Assembly (NCBI RefSeq): GCF_963921235.1
Contig: NC_086097.1
Span: forward strand, 170,812,001 to 170,876,000
DNA: 64,000 nt
Source of the DNA: Mobula hypostoma
Taxonomy: Eukaryota
Direction of reading: 5' to 3'
In this document: in pieces, positions 1 through 13,240 of the stretch
Layout: each line of letters starts with the position of its first letter
How positions within the stretch are numbered: the first letter of the stretch is position 1
Position numbers and translations under genes: made by a program
Notes under the pieces: model-generated
What the model was told of the DNA's origin: nothing
The model's database searches: none
What the model saw: the letters and a program-made list of their open reading frames with translations, nothing else

Positions 1-399
1 GAAGTACAGTGTAGGTCAACAATAATAGAAGGGTAAGAGAATAGTTGGTGAATTAAAGTTATATATTATTCAATATATGTTTAAAAATTTTGACTGCAAT
101 GCCTTTGAGTAAAAGAACATCAGTGAAAGAGATACTTGATGTTCCAGACAATATCAACCCTCTGGGTAATCTTTGAAGTTACTGATCGTTATGTGAAGGC
201 ATAAAATCAAAATACAGGGCAAAATCAACTGTTTCGTAAATCTTGCCTCACAGTAATCTAATTGAGAGCTTTGCAAGTCACTCTCAAATCTGGCCCCATT
301 GTGAAGTCCCATTTGTGAAGAGCAGTTTACACTTAACCTTGTCAGCTTTACGGGGATAGTTAGGTCTTATACCCGCGACTCGATGTTGTGAATTCCCAA

Positions 400-600
400 A
401 GCAATAATGAGGGATTGATGCTGTATCAGTGGGTGGTGAGTCTGAGACAAGATACTTCCTGCTCTCACGGGAGGTAGCAATAGATCCTTTCAATGACACT
501 TCAGAGAGGAGCAGTGAGCTCTCTTTGTGTCCTGACCAGCGTGGAAGCCTTCAGCAAATATTACAGGAAAAGTTAGCACATTGCTCTCCATAGGATTTGA
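400..600 (+). mobile_element. Highly diverged Deu-domain SINE remnant (SacSINE1/AmnSINE-like)
   Basis: cctgctctcacgggaggtagcaatagatcc...gaggagcagtgagctctctttgtgtcctgacca resembles the Deu core as I recall it; not confirmed by alignment. Confidence 0.45.
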
Positions 601-802
601 TGTTCATGGGTTGGTTGCTACATTTTGTACATTGCATCTCAATAGTATTTAACTGCCTGTGAGATGCTGCGGGATCTTCTGAGCACATAAAAACGACATA
701 TAATGAGACTCTGATATCCCATTATCCGATTATACAGAAATTATGATGGTTCCCGATTTGGCTCATCGCATTTTGTTTTACACATACCTATTAACTTCAC
801 TA

Positions 803-970
803 GGATCCTGTTTTCCACATTCCCTTTGAACTCACCATATTATGTCTCATGGCTACCCTTTAGCTGGAGTGTGGTCCCATTTCCCATGTTCCCTTTGAAT
901 TCACTTGGTCCTGTTTCCCACATACCCTTTAAGGTCACCAGGTCTCCGCTTCCCACACTCTGTTTAAACT
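803..970. repeat. Degenerate ~34-bp minisatellite, about 5 units
   Basis: Recurring ggtcctgtttcccacattccctttgaa(c/t)tcac. Confidence 0.65.
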
Positions 971-1945
971 TTCTGGGATCACAGGGAAATTACTGTGTAA
1001 CTTCCAAAAATAAGATGGAACATCCAATAATCCAGAAAATCTGTCAGTCAGGAGCCACCAAGCCCCAAGATTGCTGGATTAATGGATTAAACTTCCAAGT
1101 TTTAATTTGAACCAGTACGTAATCTGTTACTTTCATTGAAATCCTTGAATACGTCCAAATCTAAGAAATCTTACATGGTATTGTCAAAGTCAAGGTTGAG
1201 TTTATTGTCATATGCATGAGTACATGTATGCACAGTTGCAATGTAAAACTTACTTATAGTAACATCATGGGCACAGGATATGAGATCTACAGTATTCACA
1301 AGAAAAACACAAAGTATGCATAAATTTTATAAGAAAGAACACAACTGGAACAAAAAAAAATTGAAGTCCCTTTTTAGGGCAAAGTGATCATGGTGTTGCT
1401 ATACTTATGTAGCGATTAGGGTTGTGCAGGTTGTTTAGAAAATTGAATGGTTGAAGGGAAGTAGCAGTTCTTGAACCTCGTGGTGTGGAACCTCAGGCTT
1501 CTTTACGTCCTGCTCGATAATAACTGCAAGAAGATGGCATGGCCTGGATGGTGGAGATCTTTGTCGATGGACATTGCCTTATTGAGGAAGTGCTTCTTGC
1601 AGTTGTCACTAATGGTGAAGAGAAATGTATCTGTGAATTATCCAGTACTCTGCATCTTCTTACATTTCTGTGTATTCAAATTGCCATACCAAATCGTGAT
1701 GCAACCAGACAGATGCTTTCAACAGTACAGCTGTAGGATTCTTTTAGCGTGTTTGATGACAACTGAACCTCCTTAACTACTTAACCACTTAAGAAAGTAA
1801 AGATATTGGCATGCCTTCCTTGTAATTGCATCCATGTTCTAATATCCAAGACTTTTGGCCACATTGTCTACTGACAGAAGAACATGTCTGCATAATGGTG
1901 TGATGTTGCTGTGTCCTGAAAAATGTTGTATTTGTTTCCCACCAG

Positions 1946-2240
1946 CTTCACTCTGATGTTGATCGGGGAGATGGCTCCATCAAGTACGTGCTTTCAGGAG
2001 AAGGAGCAGGTTCCATCTTTATCATCGACGAGAGCACAGGAGATATCCATGCCACCAAACGACTGGATCGTGAAGAACAGGCCTATTACGCACTACGGGC
2101 ACAGGCTGTTGACCGGTTGACTAACAAACCCGTTGAACCCTTGTCAGAGTTTATCGTCAAGATTCAAGACATCAATGACAATGAGCCACGGTTTCTGGAT
2201 GGACCATATTTAACCAGCATCCCTGAAATGTCTCCTGTCG
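1946..2240 (+). CDS. cdh7: Type II classical cadherin (cadherin-7-like) coding exon, EC1 domain, 295 bp
   Basis: Acceptor tttcccaccAG at 1945 and donor GTaagt at 2241. Translates [48 protein letters not shown]...[17 protein letters not shown]...PEMSPV(G), with cadherin motifs LDRE, DINDN and PE. Closest to my recollection of vertebrate CDH7 ([14 protein letters not shown]). Confidence 0.93.
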
Positions 2241-5200
2241 GTAAGTTCAGGGAGAAGATATCACTATGCAGCCTTTTTACCTTCTACTCATTTCTCATGT
2301 CCTTCCAACAGTGACACAGACCTAAACAAACAGGACACAGACTCCCTATCAAACCTTATGAACAGCATCACCTAACAGTAGGAAATCATTGGGATTAAGG
2401 TGTGCTCATTCAGTCCAGCAAGTTTATTCCATCAGTCAATGAAATACATAACCCAAAATCATATGCCTGCCATCAATCTACATTTCTGAACAGTCCATGA
2501 ACAATTTCACTATTCCTCTTCTGTGCTATTTATTTTTAAATTGTAACTTATTTAACTTTTATATCTTGCACTATACTGATGCCACAGAACAACAAATTTC
2601 ATAATATATGTCAGTGGTAATAAACCTGATTCTGATTCCCATTCCCCTAATAGATTTGGTCAACACAAATGTGCTTGCATCAAATTCAAAATTCCCAGTT
2701 GATGTGGCATCAATTGCTGGCTGTGAAAAGCATTCCAAATTTCTAGCAGCTTCCAAATGCAAAAGTACTTCTGCACCTCACTCCAGAGAGACCTGGTTCC
2801 TTCATGATAGGCTACATCACTGACCCAAAAAAAATTCTCTTTATCCACCTTAATTTATCAGCTATGTTAAGAACTTGAAACTGATTAAACCACCTTTCCA
2901 TTTCTAAAATTTTCAGCTTGCATAATCTCACTCCATCCAGTGTTACGTCCTCTCAAGTTCTCAAAAAATACTCCCAGTGATGCCACTGTGTTCTGACTAG
3001 GAGTTTATTATTGTTTATATGTCATTTATCCATTCTAGAGTAATGGAGTTTATAGCAGCGAAACAGGCCCTTTGGCCCACTCATCCATGCCAGTCAAGGT
3101 GTCTTCCAGAGCTAGCCTTGAAGAAGTGTCTCAGCTCGAAATGTCAACTGTTTATTACTTTCCAAAGATGCTGCCAGACCTGCTGAGTTCCTCCAGCATT
3201 TTCTGCGTGTTGCTTTGGATTTTCAGCATCTGCAGATTTTCTCCCATTTGCCTGTCGTGACCTATCTCTCTTTAAACCTTTCTTATCCACGTATCTGTGT
3301 TTTTGTAATTATGCCCATCTGTACCACTTCCACTGGCACCTTGTTCCATATTCCCACCACCCTCTGTGTGAAAACCTGCCTCTCAGATCCCCTTTAAATC
3401 TTTCCTCTCTCACCCTAAAACTAATGCCCCCAGTTTATGCTCCTAGGACAAAGGCTGAGGACATTCATCTTATCTATATTCCTCAGGATTTCATAAACCT
3501 CTGTAAGGCTGTACTCAGCCTGCTTCTCTCCAGGGAAAACAGCCCCAGCCTATCCAACCTCTGCTTATAATTAAAGCTCCTGGTCATTTTTACCACTACT
3601 CCTGTGAATCTTTTCTGCACCCTTTCCAGCTGAATGACATCCTCCTGATACAATTCTCACAGCACTCTAAGTAATGCCACACAAAACACCAAGTAAATGC
3701 ACATAATACTCCAAGAAACGACGTGCAGAGCCCAAGTAGCATCACACTATACTCTAAGTAACTGCACAGAGTACTCTAAGAGCTAATTTACAGCCAAGAG
3801 GTTAAGAACTTTTCTTCCTTGGTTTTAATTGACAGGATGGGATTAATGGCATATACAGGTGACAATTAGCTGCAGCTTCATAATCTACTGCATACACTTG
3901 AGTGCCCTTCATCTGTCTATCCAGCCAGGCACTCTTCTTGTGACACAATGAAATATTCAAAGTTTGCAGGATTCGCATTAAATCTTCAGTCTGTTTTAAC
4001 TTGTGCTGCTGCTTATTCAGAAAGTTCAAAGCTTTGCAGTAAAGTCATTCAACATCATGAAAAATCCAGAAGAGTAAGAAGCAAAGGCACCCATTCCAAC
4101 AGTAACATTGATTAAAAGCATTTTTGGTATTGCAATTATTCATTTGAAATTAAAATTGATAAAATATCCACTTATATTTCTTCTATGAAACATGAATATT
4201 AAACCTTGTTTCCATCACGATGGAGCAGGATTGATGATCACTGAATCATGCTGTAATATCTTTGGTATAAATAATTGATAGGTTAATACAATGATGCTAA
4301 ACTGCTGAGATTAATTATTAATTTATTAACTTGTAACTTGTTCAATGGCTTATCTTTTATTTTCTGTTTGCCTGACATCGGACATATCCTGAGGTGGTGC
4401 CCGTGGCTCAGCTCACCTCTCAGTATCACTGCAGGCACCTGAACACTGCAGCTCTGGGGGAATAGTGCACTGTAGGTGATAGGTGTGGCACTCCCATATA
4501 TTCATAGAACAATACAACACAGGACCAGGTTCTTTGGCTCACCGTTTCTACATCGACTGTGATGCTAAATTAAACTGAATCAATTCTGCCTGCACATGTT
4601 CTATATTCATCCATTTCCTGCATATTCACAAATATACAGGATGCAACTGCCTCTTAAACTCCACTATTGTATCTGTATGCACCACTCCCCTGACAGCCAT
4701 TCCAAGCACCCACCACCCTCTGTGTAAAAAAGACATGCCACTCCACCTCTCCTTTAAGCATTCCCTTTCTCGTCCTAAATATATGCTGTCTAGTAGTTTA
4801 CAATTCTACCCTGGGAAACAGGTTCTGACTCTCTACCTAATCAATGCCTCTCATAATTTTATAAATTTCCATAAAGTCTTCTCTCAGCCTCCAATGCTTG
4901 AGAGAAAGCAATTTAAGGTAGTTCAGCCTCTCCTTATAGCTCATACCCTGTAACCCAAGAAGTATCCTGGCAAACAACTTCTGCACCGTTTCCAAAGCCT
5001 CCACATCCTTCCTGCAATGTTAGGCCAAGGACTGCCCACAATGGTCCATATGTAGCCTAATCAACGTTTTATATGATTTCTCCCTGTTTAATTTGTCTAA
5101 TTCCAGCATAATCTTGTTTACCACTATCCCATTGTATGCCCCCAGCTTCTCTAACCTTGGAGATGAAATCTACCCATCATAGGGTCATAGAATCATAGAA

Positions 5201-7489
5201 CACTACAGTAAAGAAACAAGACCTTCAGCCCATCTAGTCCATGCCAAACTGTTATTCTGCCTAGTCCCATTGTCCCTAACCTGGACAATATTCCTCCATA
5301 TCTCTCCTGGCAATGTACTTATCTAAATTTCCCTTAATTGTTGAAATTGAACCTGTATCCCTGACTTCCTCCGGCAGCTCGTTTTGCACTCACATCACCC
5401 CCTGAGTAAAAACGTTCCCCTTTAGATTCCCCTTGAATATTCCACCTTTCATCCTTAACCTGTGACCTAGTACCACCCAACCTCAGTGGAAAACAACTGT
5501 TTATGAGAGGGTTGTGTATACTCCTCATAATTCCCTGGAACGATTGCAATAAATCCTTCCTAAAGTGATGGGCTCATACTTGGAGCAGGACTCTAGCTGT
5601 TATCTAACCTGCGTTTTATAAAGGTTCATCTACCTCATTGCTGTCTGTCCCAAAGGCACTTTCTTGCTAACTGTAAGATTTTATTCTGCACTCTGTTATT
5701 ACCTCAGTGTTCTGATGTGATGAAATGATGTATATGGACAGCATGCAAAACAAGGTTTTTCACTCTACTTCAGTACAAGCTTACCGATTTACCAGTCACA
5801 ACTGTAGTACAATGTTATGGAGACTAGTGTCCCACATGCTTTACTAAGCACTCTTTGAACATGTGTAGCACTTTTCCAAGCTATGTGACAGGTCCCTCAC
5901 AAACTGTTCCGTTAGACTGCTGTCACAACATGGAAGCAGTCCCATCAGCCCATCAAATCTGTGCTGACCATTGTACCCGGTCCTATATATTAATCTCCAG
6001 CAATACCCCATCGAGTACCCTTCCCCACCATTTATTAGGGACTATTTGCAGTGGCAACTTAACCTATCAATCTTCATGTCTTTGGAATATGGGAGAGAGC
6101 CAGAACACCCAGAGGAAATCCATGTGGCCCCTGGGATAAACATGGAAACTCCACACAGACAGCGCTGGAGGTCAGAATTGAGCTTGGATCGTTGCAGCTG
6201 TGAGGCAGCAGCTCTATCTGCTTATAAGTGATTTGGATGAAATAGTAGATTGGTTGGTTGGTAAGTTTGCTGACTATACAGAAGTTGAAGTTGCAGACAG
6301 TAAAGAACATTATCAAGGCATGTGGTAAGACATAGATCAATTACAAAGAAGTGGCAGATTGAATTTAATCTGGGCAATTGTGAGGTGCTGCACCTTAGGA
6401 GGCCAAATGTAAGGGGAAAGTCTACAATTAATGACAGGACCCTTAAAATCCTTGATGTACAGAGGGATCTATCACTCCCTGAAAGTGGCAACATAAGTAG
6501 AGAGTGGTCGGGGCTTAAGGTACAAGCGTCAGGAAATCATATTGCATTTGTATAAAACTTTGGTTAAGCCGCACTTGTAGTATTGTGTGCAGTTCTACAG
6601 GAATGATGTGGAGACTTTGGAGAGGGTTCAGAGAGATTAATCACGGAGGATGCTACTTGAATTAAAGGATATTAACTGTAAGGAGAGATTGAGCAAACTT
6701 GGAATGTTTTGTTTGGAGTGTTGGATTCTGAAGGGAGACCATGTATAAGTTTATAGTATTATAAAGTATAGATAGGGTAGTTAGCCTGTATCTTTTTTCC
6801 CAGGGTTGAAATGTCCCAGAGCTTAGCATTAAGGGGTGAGGGGGAAAATTTAAAGGAAATATACATCACAAGTTCTTTGTAAACAGAGCATGGAAAGACT
6901 GCCCAGGGTGGTAGTGTAGCAAAATGAAAGTCAAACTTGAGTTTATTGCTGATTGCACAAGTACACATACGCACAGATGCAACAAAAATTTGCTGCAGCA
7001 TCACAGGCTCATAGCATCAGAAAAACAGCATTCACAAGGAGAAAAAATAAATTATGCACAATTGCTACAAGAAAGAACATAATTAAAAAAATCAAAATCC
7101 AGTTTAATGCAAAGTAGTCAAAGTGCTTATAGTATTGCTATACTGATGAGTGTTGTGATATTTAAGAGGCTTTTCAATAGGCACATGACCATGCAGAGGA
7201 TCATTAGCAGGCAGCATAGATCATGCTCAGCACAACATCATGGGTTGAAGAGCTTGTTGTTCTGCAGTACTCTTTTATGTTCTATGTTCTTACTCTAGGG
7301 GAAATTGAATCTCACCTGTGAGGTGTCTGCCTAACTTAGCTTTACAAATCGTCCTGCAAACCATAGCTAGCATGTTACTGTTACAAGGAAATCTTTGACA
7401 ATGGAACTTTAAAACAAAAACTTCATGCCATCTCAAAACTTTCCTCCCTCAGGCAGTTAATCTGATCAACCATTGTAGTTATCCCCTCC

Positions 7490-7695
7490 AACATACACAC
7501 AAGCTGCTGGAGTAACTCAGCAGGCCAGGCAGCATCTATGGAAAAAAGTACAGTTGACATTTCAGGCCGAAACCCTAAGTTTCGGCCCGAAATGTGGACT
7601 ATACTTTTTTCCATAGGCGCTGCCTAGCCTGCTGGGTTCCTCCAGCATTTTGTGTGTGTTGCTCGGATTTCCAGCATCTGCAGATTTTGTCTTGT
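7490..7695. mobile_element. Miniature palindromic PLE insertion made of two inverted 3' termini
   Basis: The left arm is the reverse complement of the right arm, with the centre inside the hammerhead stem II region. Only the right arm carries the tail. Degenerate duplication TTGTAGTTATCCCCTCC / TTGTAGTTACGCCTCC on the flanks. Confidence 0.8.
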
Positions 7696-8030
7696 TTGTA
7701 GTTACGCCTCCCTCTCTATCTATTACTTCATTAAGTGCACTGCATTGTTAACATTTCAATGCACCCGTTATAATGCTGTTTACATTGTAAGTACAGTATG
7801 TGCTGATATCTATGCAATATTTATGCACATTTTATTCCATATCTGCACTTTAACCTCTAATGTTACTTTTATGTAATTCTTTATCTTTTATAATGTTTGA
7901 ATGCTGTTTTTCCTGCATGTCACGCCCACTGATCACAGTTTCTAATACCTGTAAATGTGCATGAGGAATAAAGTTGATGAAGATTATGTATTGAATTCAC
8001 TAATGTGTGATCCACTCCATTCCTGAACAG

Positions 8031-8150
8031 GAACCTCAGTGATACAGGTGACAGCCACTGATGCCGATGACCCCACCTATGGAAGCAGTGCCAGGGTGGT
8101 CTACAGTATCCTGCAGGGACAGCCATACTTCTCGGTGGAGCCAAAGACAG
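8031..8150 (+). CDS. cdh7: Cadherin-7-like coding exon, EC2 N-terminal part, 120 bp, phase 1-1
   Basis: Acceptor tcctgaacAG at 8030 and donor GTgacc at 8151. (G)[39 protein letters not shown](G) joins in frame with the previous exon. Confidence 0.93.
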
Positions 8151-9462
8151 GTGACCTCATTCGCTATCCATCAGTGGAATTTACAAACATTGCAACTTCA
8201 ATTGTGATATATTGTCTCAGCCAAAGTATCCTGCTTTGTCCTGCCTTGTTTTTCACTGTGCTCAGTACTAGTTGCAGATATTTTACCATGGACTTGATGA
8301 TTGGTTATTCATTGCTAGCATCCAGTGGTAAATCCAGTCAGGAATTAAAATAAATCTTCTTTACTCGGGGAGGTGGGAGTAAGTGGAACTCTCTGCTGGA
8401 AAGTTATTCATGAATGACTGCAGATGTTGGAAATCTGGAATAAAACACAAGGAGACTGGAGGAGCTCTGAATATAGAGCACAGGAACAGGCCCCTCAACC
8501 CATGATACTGTTCCACTCCTGAGCTACAAGTCCATAGATTCCTGAAAGTGGTAACACAATTCAATAGGGTGGCACAGGATATAAGAACAGGGATATCATG
8601 TTACTTGTACAAGTCATTGGTGACTTAGATTTGAGCACTCTGCTGTAGGAAACAGAGGTAATCTTATAAGAGGTGTATAAAATTATGGGGATCGTAAAGA
8701 GGGTGAGTGTACACAGTTTTTTTTTACCAGGATTGGGGAATCAAGAACTAATGGATTAAGGTAAGAGGGGAAGGACCTAATTGGAACCTGAGGGGCAAAT
8801 TTTTCACCCAGAGAGTGATCAGTAAATGGAATGAACTTATTATGGAGTGAGTGAGTAGGGGAGGTTTATTACCAATATTTCAAAGGCACCTGGACAGATA
8901 CGTCAATAGGGAAGGTTTCGAGGGAAATGGGCTAAATACGGGCAAATAGGGCTGGCTTAGATGTGGATCTATGTCAGTATAGACCAGTTCATTGATGACC
9001 TTTATCATGCTGTGTGATTCTAAAACTCTGTATCATTCTCTCTACATTAGATAGAGTGAATCTCTTTCCTGTAGTCCTTTACCCTTTCAGTAGACCCCCA
9101 CCACCATCTCTGTCCAGGCCCCTCAATGTATTATATGCTACCATGAAATTTCCCCTATTCTTCTATATTTGCTAAGAATACTGTCCAGCTTGTTTGATCT
9201 ATCCTAGTCCCTTGTGTGAGAACCTTTCTCATATTTTTCTTCTGGGCTCTCTCTAAAGCCTTTATGTCCTTCCTGCAATGTGGACTCTCTTTAAAGCCTT
9301 TATGTCCTTTCTGCAGTTTAGCAAATAGAACTGAACATAAGAACCTGTTAGAGGCAAGGCAATTGTCTTATAAAATTCAGCACATCTTCCCTCCTGTCCC
9401 TTAATGGCATTATGCTGTCTCGACCTGTAATACTGACTGTCCATTTCCCTTCACAAAAGCTA

Positions 9463-10076
9463 CGAGGGGTGATTGATAAGTTCGTGGCCTAAGGTAGAAA
9501 GAGTCAATTTTAGAAAACCTTGCTCATTTATTTTTCAACATAGTCCCCTCCTACATGTACACACTTAGTCCAGCGGTCATGGAGCATACGGATCCCTTCT
9601 TTGTAGAAGTGGTCCACAGCCGGGGTGATTGATAAGTTTGTGGCCTAAAGTAAAAGGAGATGAGTTATTAACTTCAAACTTTCTGCATTATCACTCAAAG
9701 AATTGAACTGCACGTGCATGTAACGAGAGCGTCTTGGACCTCCAGGTGGTCCACAGCAGGGGTGATTGATAAGTTCGTGGGCTAAGCTAGAAGGAGATGA
9801 GTTATACAGCTCTTGTTACATGCACATGCAGCTCAACTCTTTGAGTGAAAATGCAGAAAGTTTGAAGTTAATAACTCATCTCCTTCTACCTTAGGCCACA
9901 AACTTATCAATCACCCCTGCTGTGGACCACTTCTGGCGGTCCAAGGTGTTGACTTCTACAAAGAAGGGATCCAGGACTGCTGGACAAAGTGTGTAAATGT
10001 AGGAAAAATAAATGTGCTAGGTTTTCTAAAATTGACTCCTTCTACCTTAGGCCACAAACTTATCAATCACCCCTCA
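9463..10076. mobile_element. Non-autonomous mariner-derived foldback element with multiple TIR copies
   Basis: TA at 9461-9462 and 10077-10078. TIR CGAGGGGTGATTGATAAGTT(C/T)GTGGCCTAAGG. Minus-strand 9528-9608 encodes the mariner transposase C-terminus FYKEGIRMLHDRWTKCVHVGGDYVEK*. Confidence 0.88.
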
Positions 10077-11489
10077 TATCTGACCTGCTGATTTCCTCCA
10101 CCAGTTTATTTTTTTTTGCTCTAGATTGCAGTATGTCCAGTCCCTTGTATTGCTATTGCCATCTGTTTCAAATGGACTTGGTGACTGAGGCTCCACAATC
10201 CTCTGGGGAAGAGAAATTCACCATCCTCTGGGTGAAGAAATATCTCTGTCCGAAACAACCTATCCCTATATCTGAGGTTGTGACCACAGGTTCTGAGCTT
10301 TCAACCCGGGATAAAAGTGCAGAACATCGAATTGTGCAGCATAGGAACAGGCTCTTCATCCACAATGTCTGTGCCAAACATAATGCCAAATTAAACTAAT
10401 CCCTTGTTCTGTACATGATCCACATCCCTTCATTTCTTGTACTTCACAAGTCTAGCAATAACCATTGTATTGTATCTGTTCCAGGCACCTACTACTCAAT
10501 TTGTTAAAAAAAAACATACTTTTCCCTTGAATTTTGTTCCTTTTGCTTTAAGACATACACTCGACTATTTGACATTTCGACCTTGGAAAGATTTTAACTG
10601 TCTACCCTATCCATGCCTCTCATAATTTTATGAACCTTTATCTGGTCTCTGCTCAGCTTTTGCTTCTCCAGAGGAAAACAAAACAAACTTGTACAATGCC
10701 TCCTTATAGGCAGCATCCACCCTGTTGACCCCTGTGAGGATTTTGAGTGTCAGTGGGAGTGGGTGTTTTTCTAGGTCTGAGGAAGGAAAAGGTAGGATGC
10801 ACATCATTGGAATGTTCACTAGAAGAGCCAGCACAGGCACATTGGACAGAATTGCCTCCTTCTGTCTTATAACAGTTTCAGATTCTGCAGAAGGTTGACA
10901 AAGAATATCTAGTGTAAAAGCCTATGACTGTAATCTGATGTATCCTTTTACTACATAAGCTTGGCTGTGTGACAAGAATTACATTTCATCTGGAGCTGTT
11001 CTCCACCTGTCACACTTCAAGCTCAGTTATAGACACCAGCTGAAACTTACAATGGTTCCCCAGTCTCCACCCTCTTTCTCTGATAATCAATAATTCAGGT
11101 CGGAGGCTGTGTTCATTCAGAAATGGGGCACAGGTGAGAGCAGCAGTTGGCATAATGGCCTCTTGAGAGTTTCCCACATTAATACCCAATCTAAACCTGG
11201 CTAGTTCCAACTCAACCTGAGCCCCAGGATTTATGATTCCTTCCACATCAGACTGGGCCTGGAGGAAATTGAAGAACAGTATGCCCAAAGTCAACACTGA
11301 GCCAAGCATGAGATACACATCTTGAACAGACAGAAGACGTTTATCAGGATACTGCCTGGATTGGAAAACACGTGCTGTAATCCAGAAGAGTTCAGACAAA
11401 CTTGGGGAATTTTCGCTGGAGCAGCTAAAGCTGACAGGAGACCTGATAGAGATTTTAAAAATTATGAGAGGTATAGATTGAATAGGATC

Positions 11490-12792
11490 ATTCGGGAGGC
11501 TGAAAGAGTGATAGATAGGACATAGAGTACAGAGGGGTAGTTACACACAAGGTGCAGGACACAGGAAACAGGGTGACAGTCAGGAAGGGGAAAGGGGTTA
11601 AAGAGCCAGTGCAGAGTACCCCAGTGACCACATCCCTTAACAACAGGCACATCACTTTGGATACTCAGGTGGGATAACCTCACAGAAGAAAGTCACAGTG
11701 GTCGGGTCTCTGGCACTGAATCTGCTTCTGTGACTCATATGGGAAGAAGAGGCATGCTGTGGTGATAGGGGATTCGTGAGTTAGGGGAATGGACAGGAGG
11801 TTCTGTGGGTGAGAACAAGATTCCTGGATGGTATGGTATGTTGCCTCCTGGGTGCCGGGATCTGGGATAACTTGGATTGAGTTATCAGCATTCTTAAGTG
11901 GGAGGGTGTACAGCCAGAAGTCAAGGTCCATGTAGGTACCAATGACATGGGTAGGACGTGATGAGGTTCTGCATAGGCGGTTCAGGGAGTTGGTGCTAAG
12001 TTAAAGTGCAGGACCTCCAGGGTTGTGATCTCAGGATTGATACCTGTGCCATGTGGCAGTGAGGCTAGAACTAGGAAGATTCTAGTTTAACATGTGGCTA
12101 AGGAGTTGGTGTAGAAGGCATAAAATTGTTGGATTGTCGGTCTCTCTTCCAGGGACCTGTACAGAATGGATGATTTACACTTGAACTGGAGGGGGTCTAA
12201 TATCCTAGTGAGAAGGATTGTTAATGCTGTATGGTGGGGTTTAAACTAGAGTTGCAGGGGGATGGTAACCAGAGTTCCAGAACAGATAGTGGAGAGGTTG
12301 TGGAGGCAGATGTTGCTGAGACCTCAGACAAAGTCAGGGAACAAGAGGGTGATCATGATGCCACAAAAGTGAAAAGGGCGATTACAGGCCTGAAGGTGTT
12401 GTATCTGAATACGTGCAGTACACGGAATGAGGGAGATGAACTTGCAGTACAGTTGCAGATTGGCAAGTATGATGTTGTAGGCATCACTGAATCATGGCTG
12501 AAAGGTTATAGCTAGGAGCTTAATGTCCAAGGATATGCATTGTATTGAAAGGACAGGCAGGAATGATGAGGGGGCGTCATTGCTCTATTTGTAAAAAATG
12601 AAATCAATCATTAGAAAAAGGTGACATAGGGTTGGAAGGTGTTGAATCATCCTCAATAGAACTAAGGAACTACAAGGGTAAAACGAGACTGATGGGAGTT
12701 GTATACAGACCCCCAAACAGTAGTAAGGACGTTGCCTACAAATTACAATGGGAGATAGAAAATACATGCCAAAATAGTCATGGGGGACTTCA
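11490..12792 (+). mobile_element. CR1-group LINE 5' portion (esterase-type ORF1 remnant and APE N-terminus), degraded
   Basis: AVVIGDS at ~11756; LKVLYLN..DVVGITESWL; GVVYRPPNS; MGDFN at 12780. Multiple stops. Confidence 0.75.
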
Positions 12793-13240
12793 ATCTTTCA
12801 TTGTTTCTGCTTCCTAAGTATAGCCCGGTCATTAAGCGTGTGAAACCCACAATGAAGACTACTAAGATCTGGCTGGAGGGTGCTGACTCTGCTCTTCAGC
12901 ACCAATTCCAGCACACAGACTGGAGCGCGTTTGCTGCCCACGCCACCTCAGACTCTCAGATTAACGTTGATTTATATACCAACTCTGTCCTTGAGCACAC
13001 CAACAAGTGTGTAGATAGAGTGACATCACAAAAACAAATAAAAGGTTTCTTCAATCAGAAACCATGGATGAACAGAGAAGTTCACCTGCTGCTCAAAGCC
13101 TGAGATTCAGCTTTCAGGTCTGGAGACCAGGAGGCTTACAGCTCAGCCGGGGCCAACCTGAGGAGGGGAATCTTTCAGGCTAAACACATATACAAACAGA
13201 GAATCGAGGAGCATTTCAACTCCTCGGACCCCCGGCGCAT
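12793..13240 (+). mobile_element. Rex1/Babar-like LINE internal fragment (APE-RT linker)
   Basis: SLFLLPKY...TDWS...NQKPWMN, the same linker type as the minus-strand LINE at 17299-17769. Confidence 0.65.

Noticed and set aside
2129..2150. VEPLSEF instead of the usual EPESEF in EC1
   Set aside because: The conserved Glu of VEP is retained and the changed position varies among type II cadherins.
1988..2314. ORF-track cadherin ORFs (also 8039-8353, 32887-33138, 61500-61703) as stand-alone genes
   Set aside because: They are exons read through their GT donors; cadherin similarity stops exactly at the splice sites.
9243..9316. 38-bp tandem duplication
   Set aside because: Simple local slippage inside a decayed LINE fragment.
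9463..10076. Spaced ~30-bp repeats superficially like a CRISPR array
   Set aside because: Eukaryotic context, mixed orientations, TA duplication and a mariner transposase remnant identify them as TIRs.
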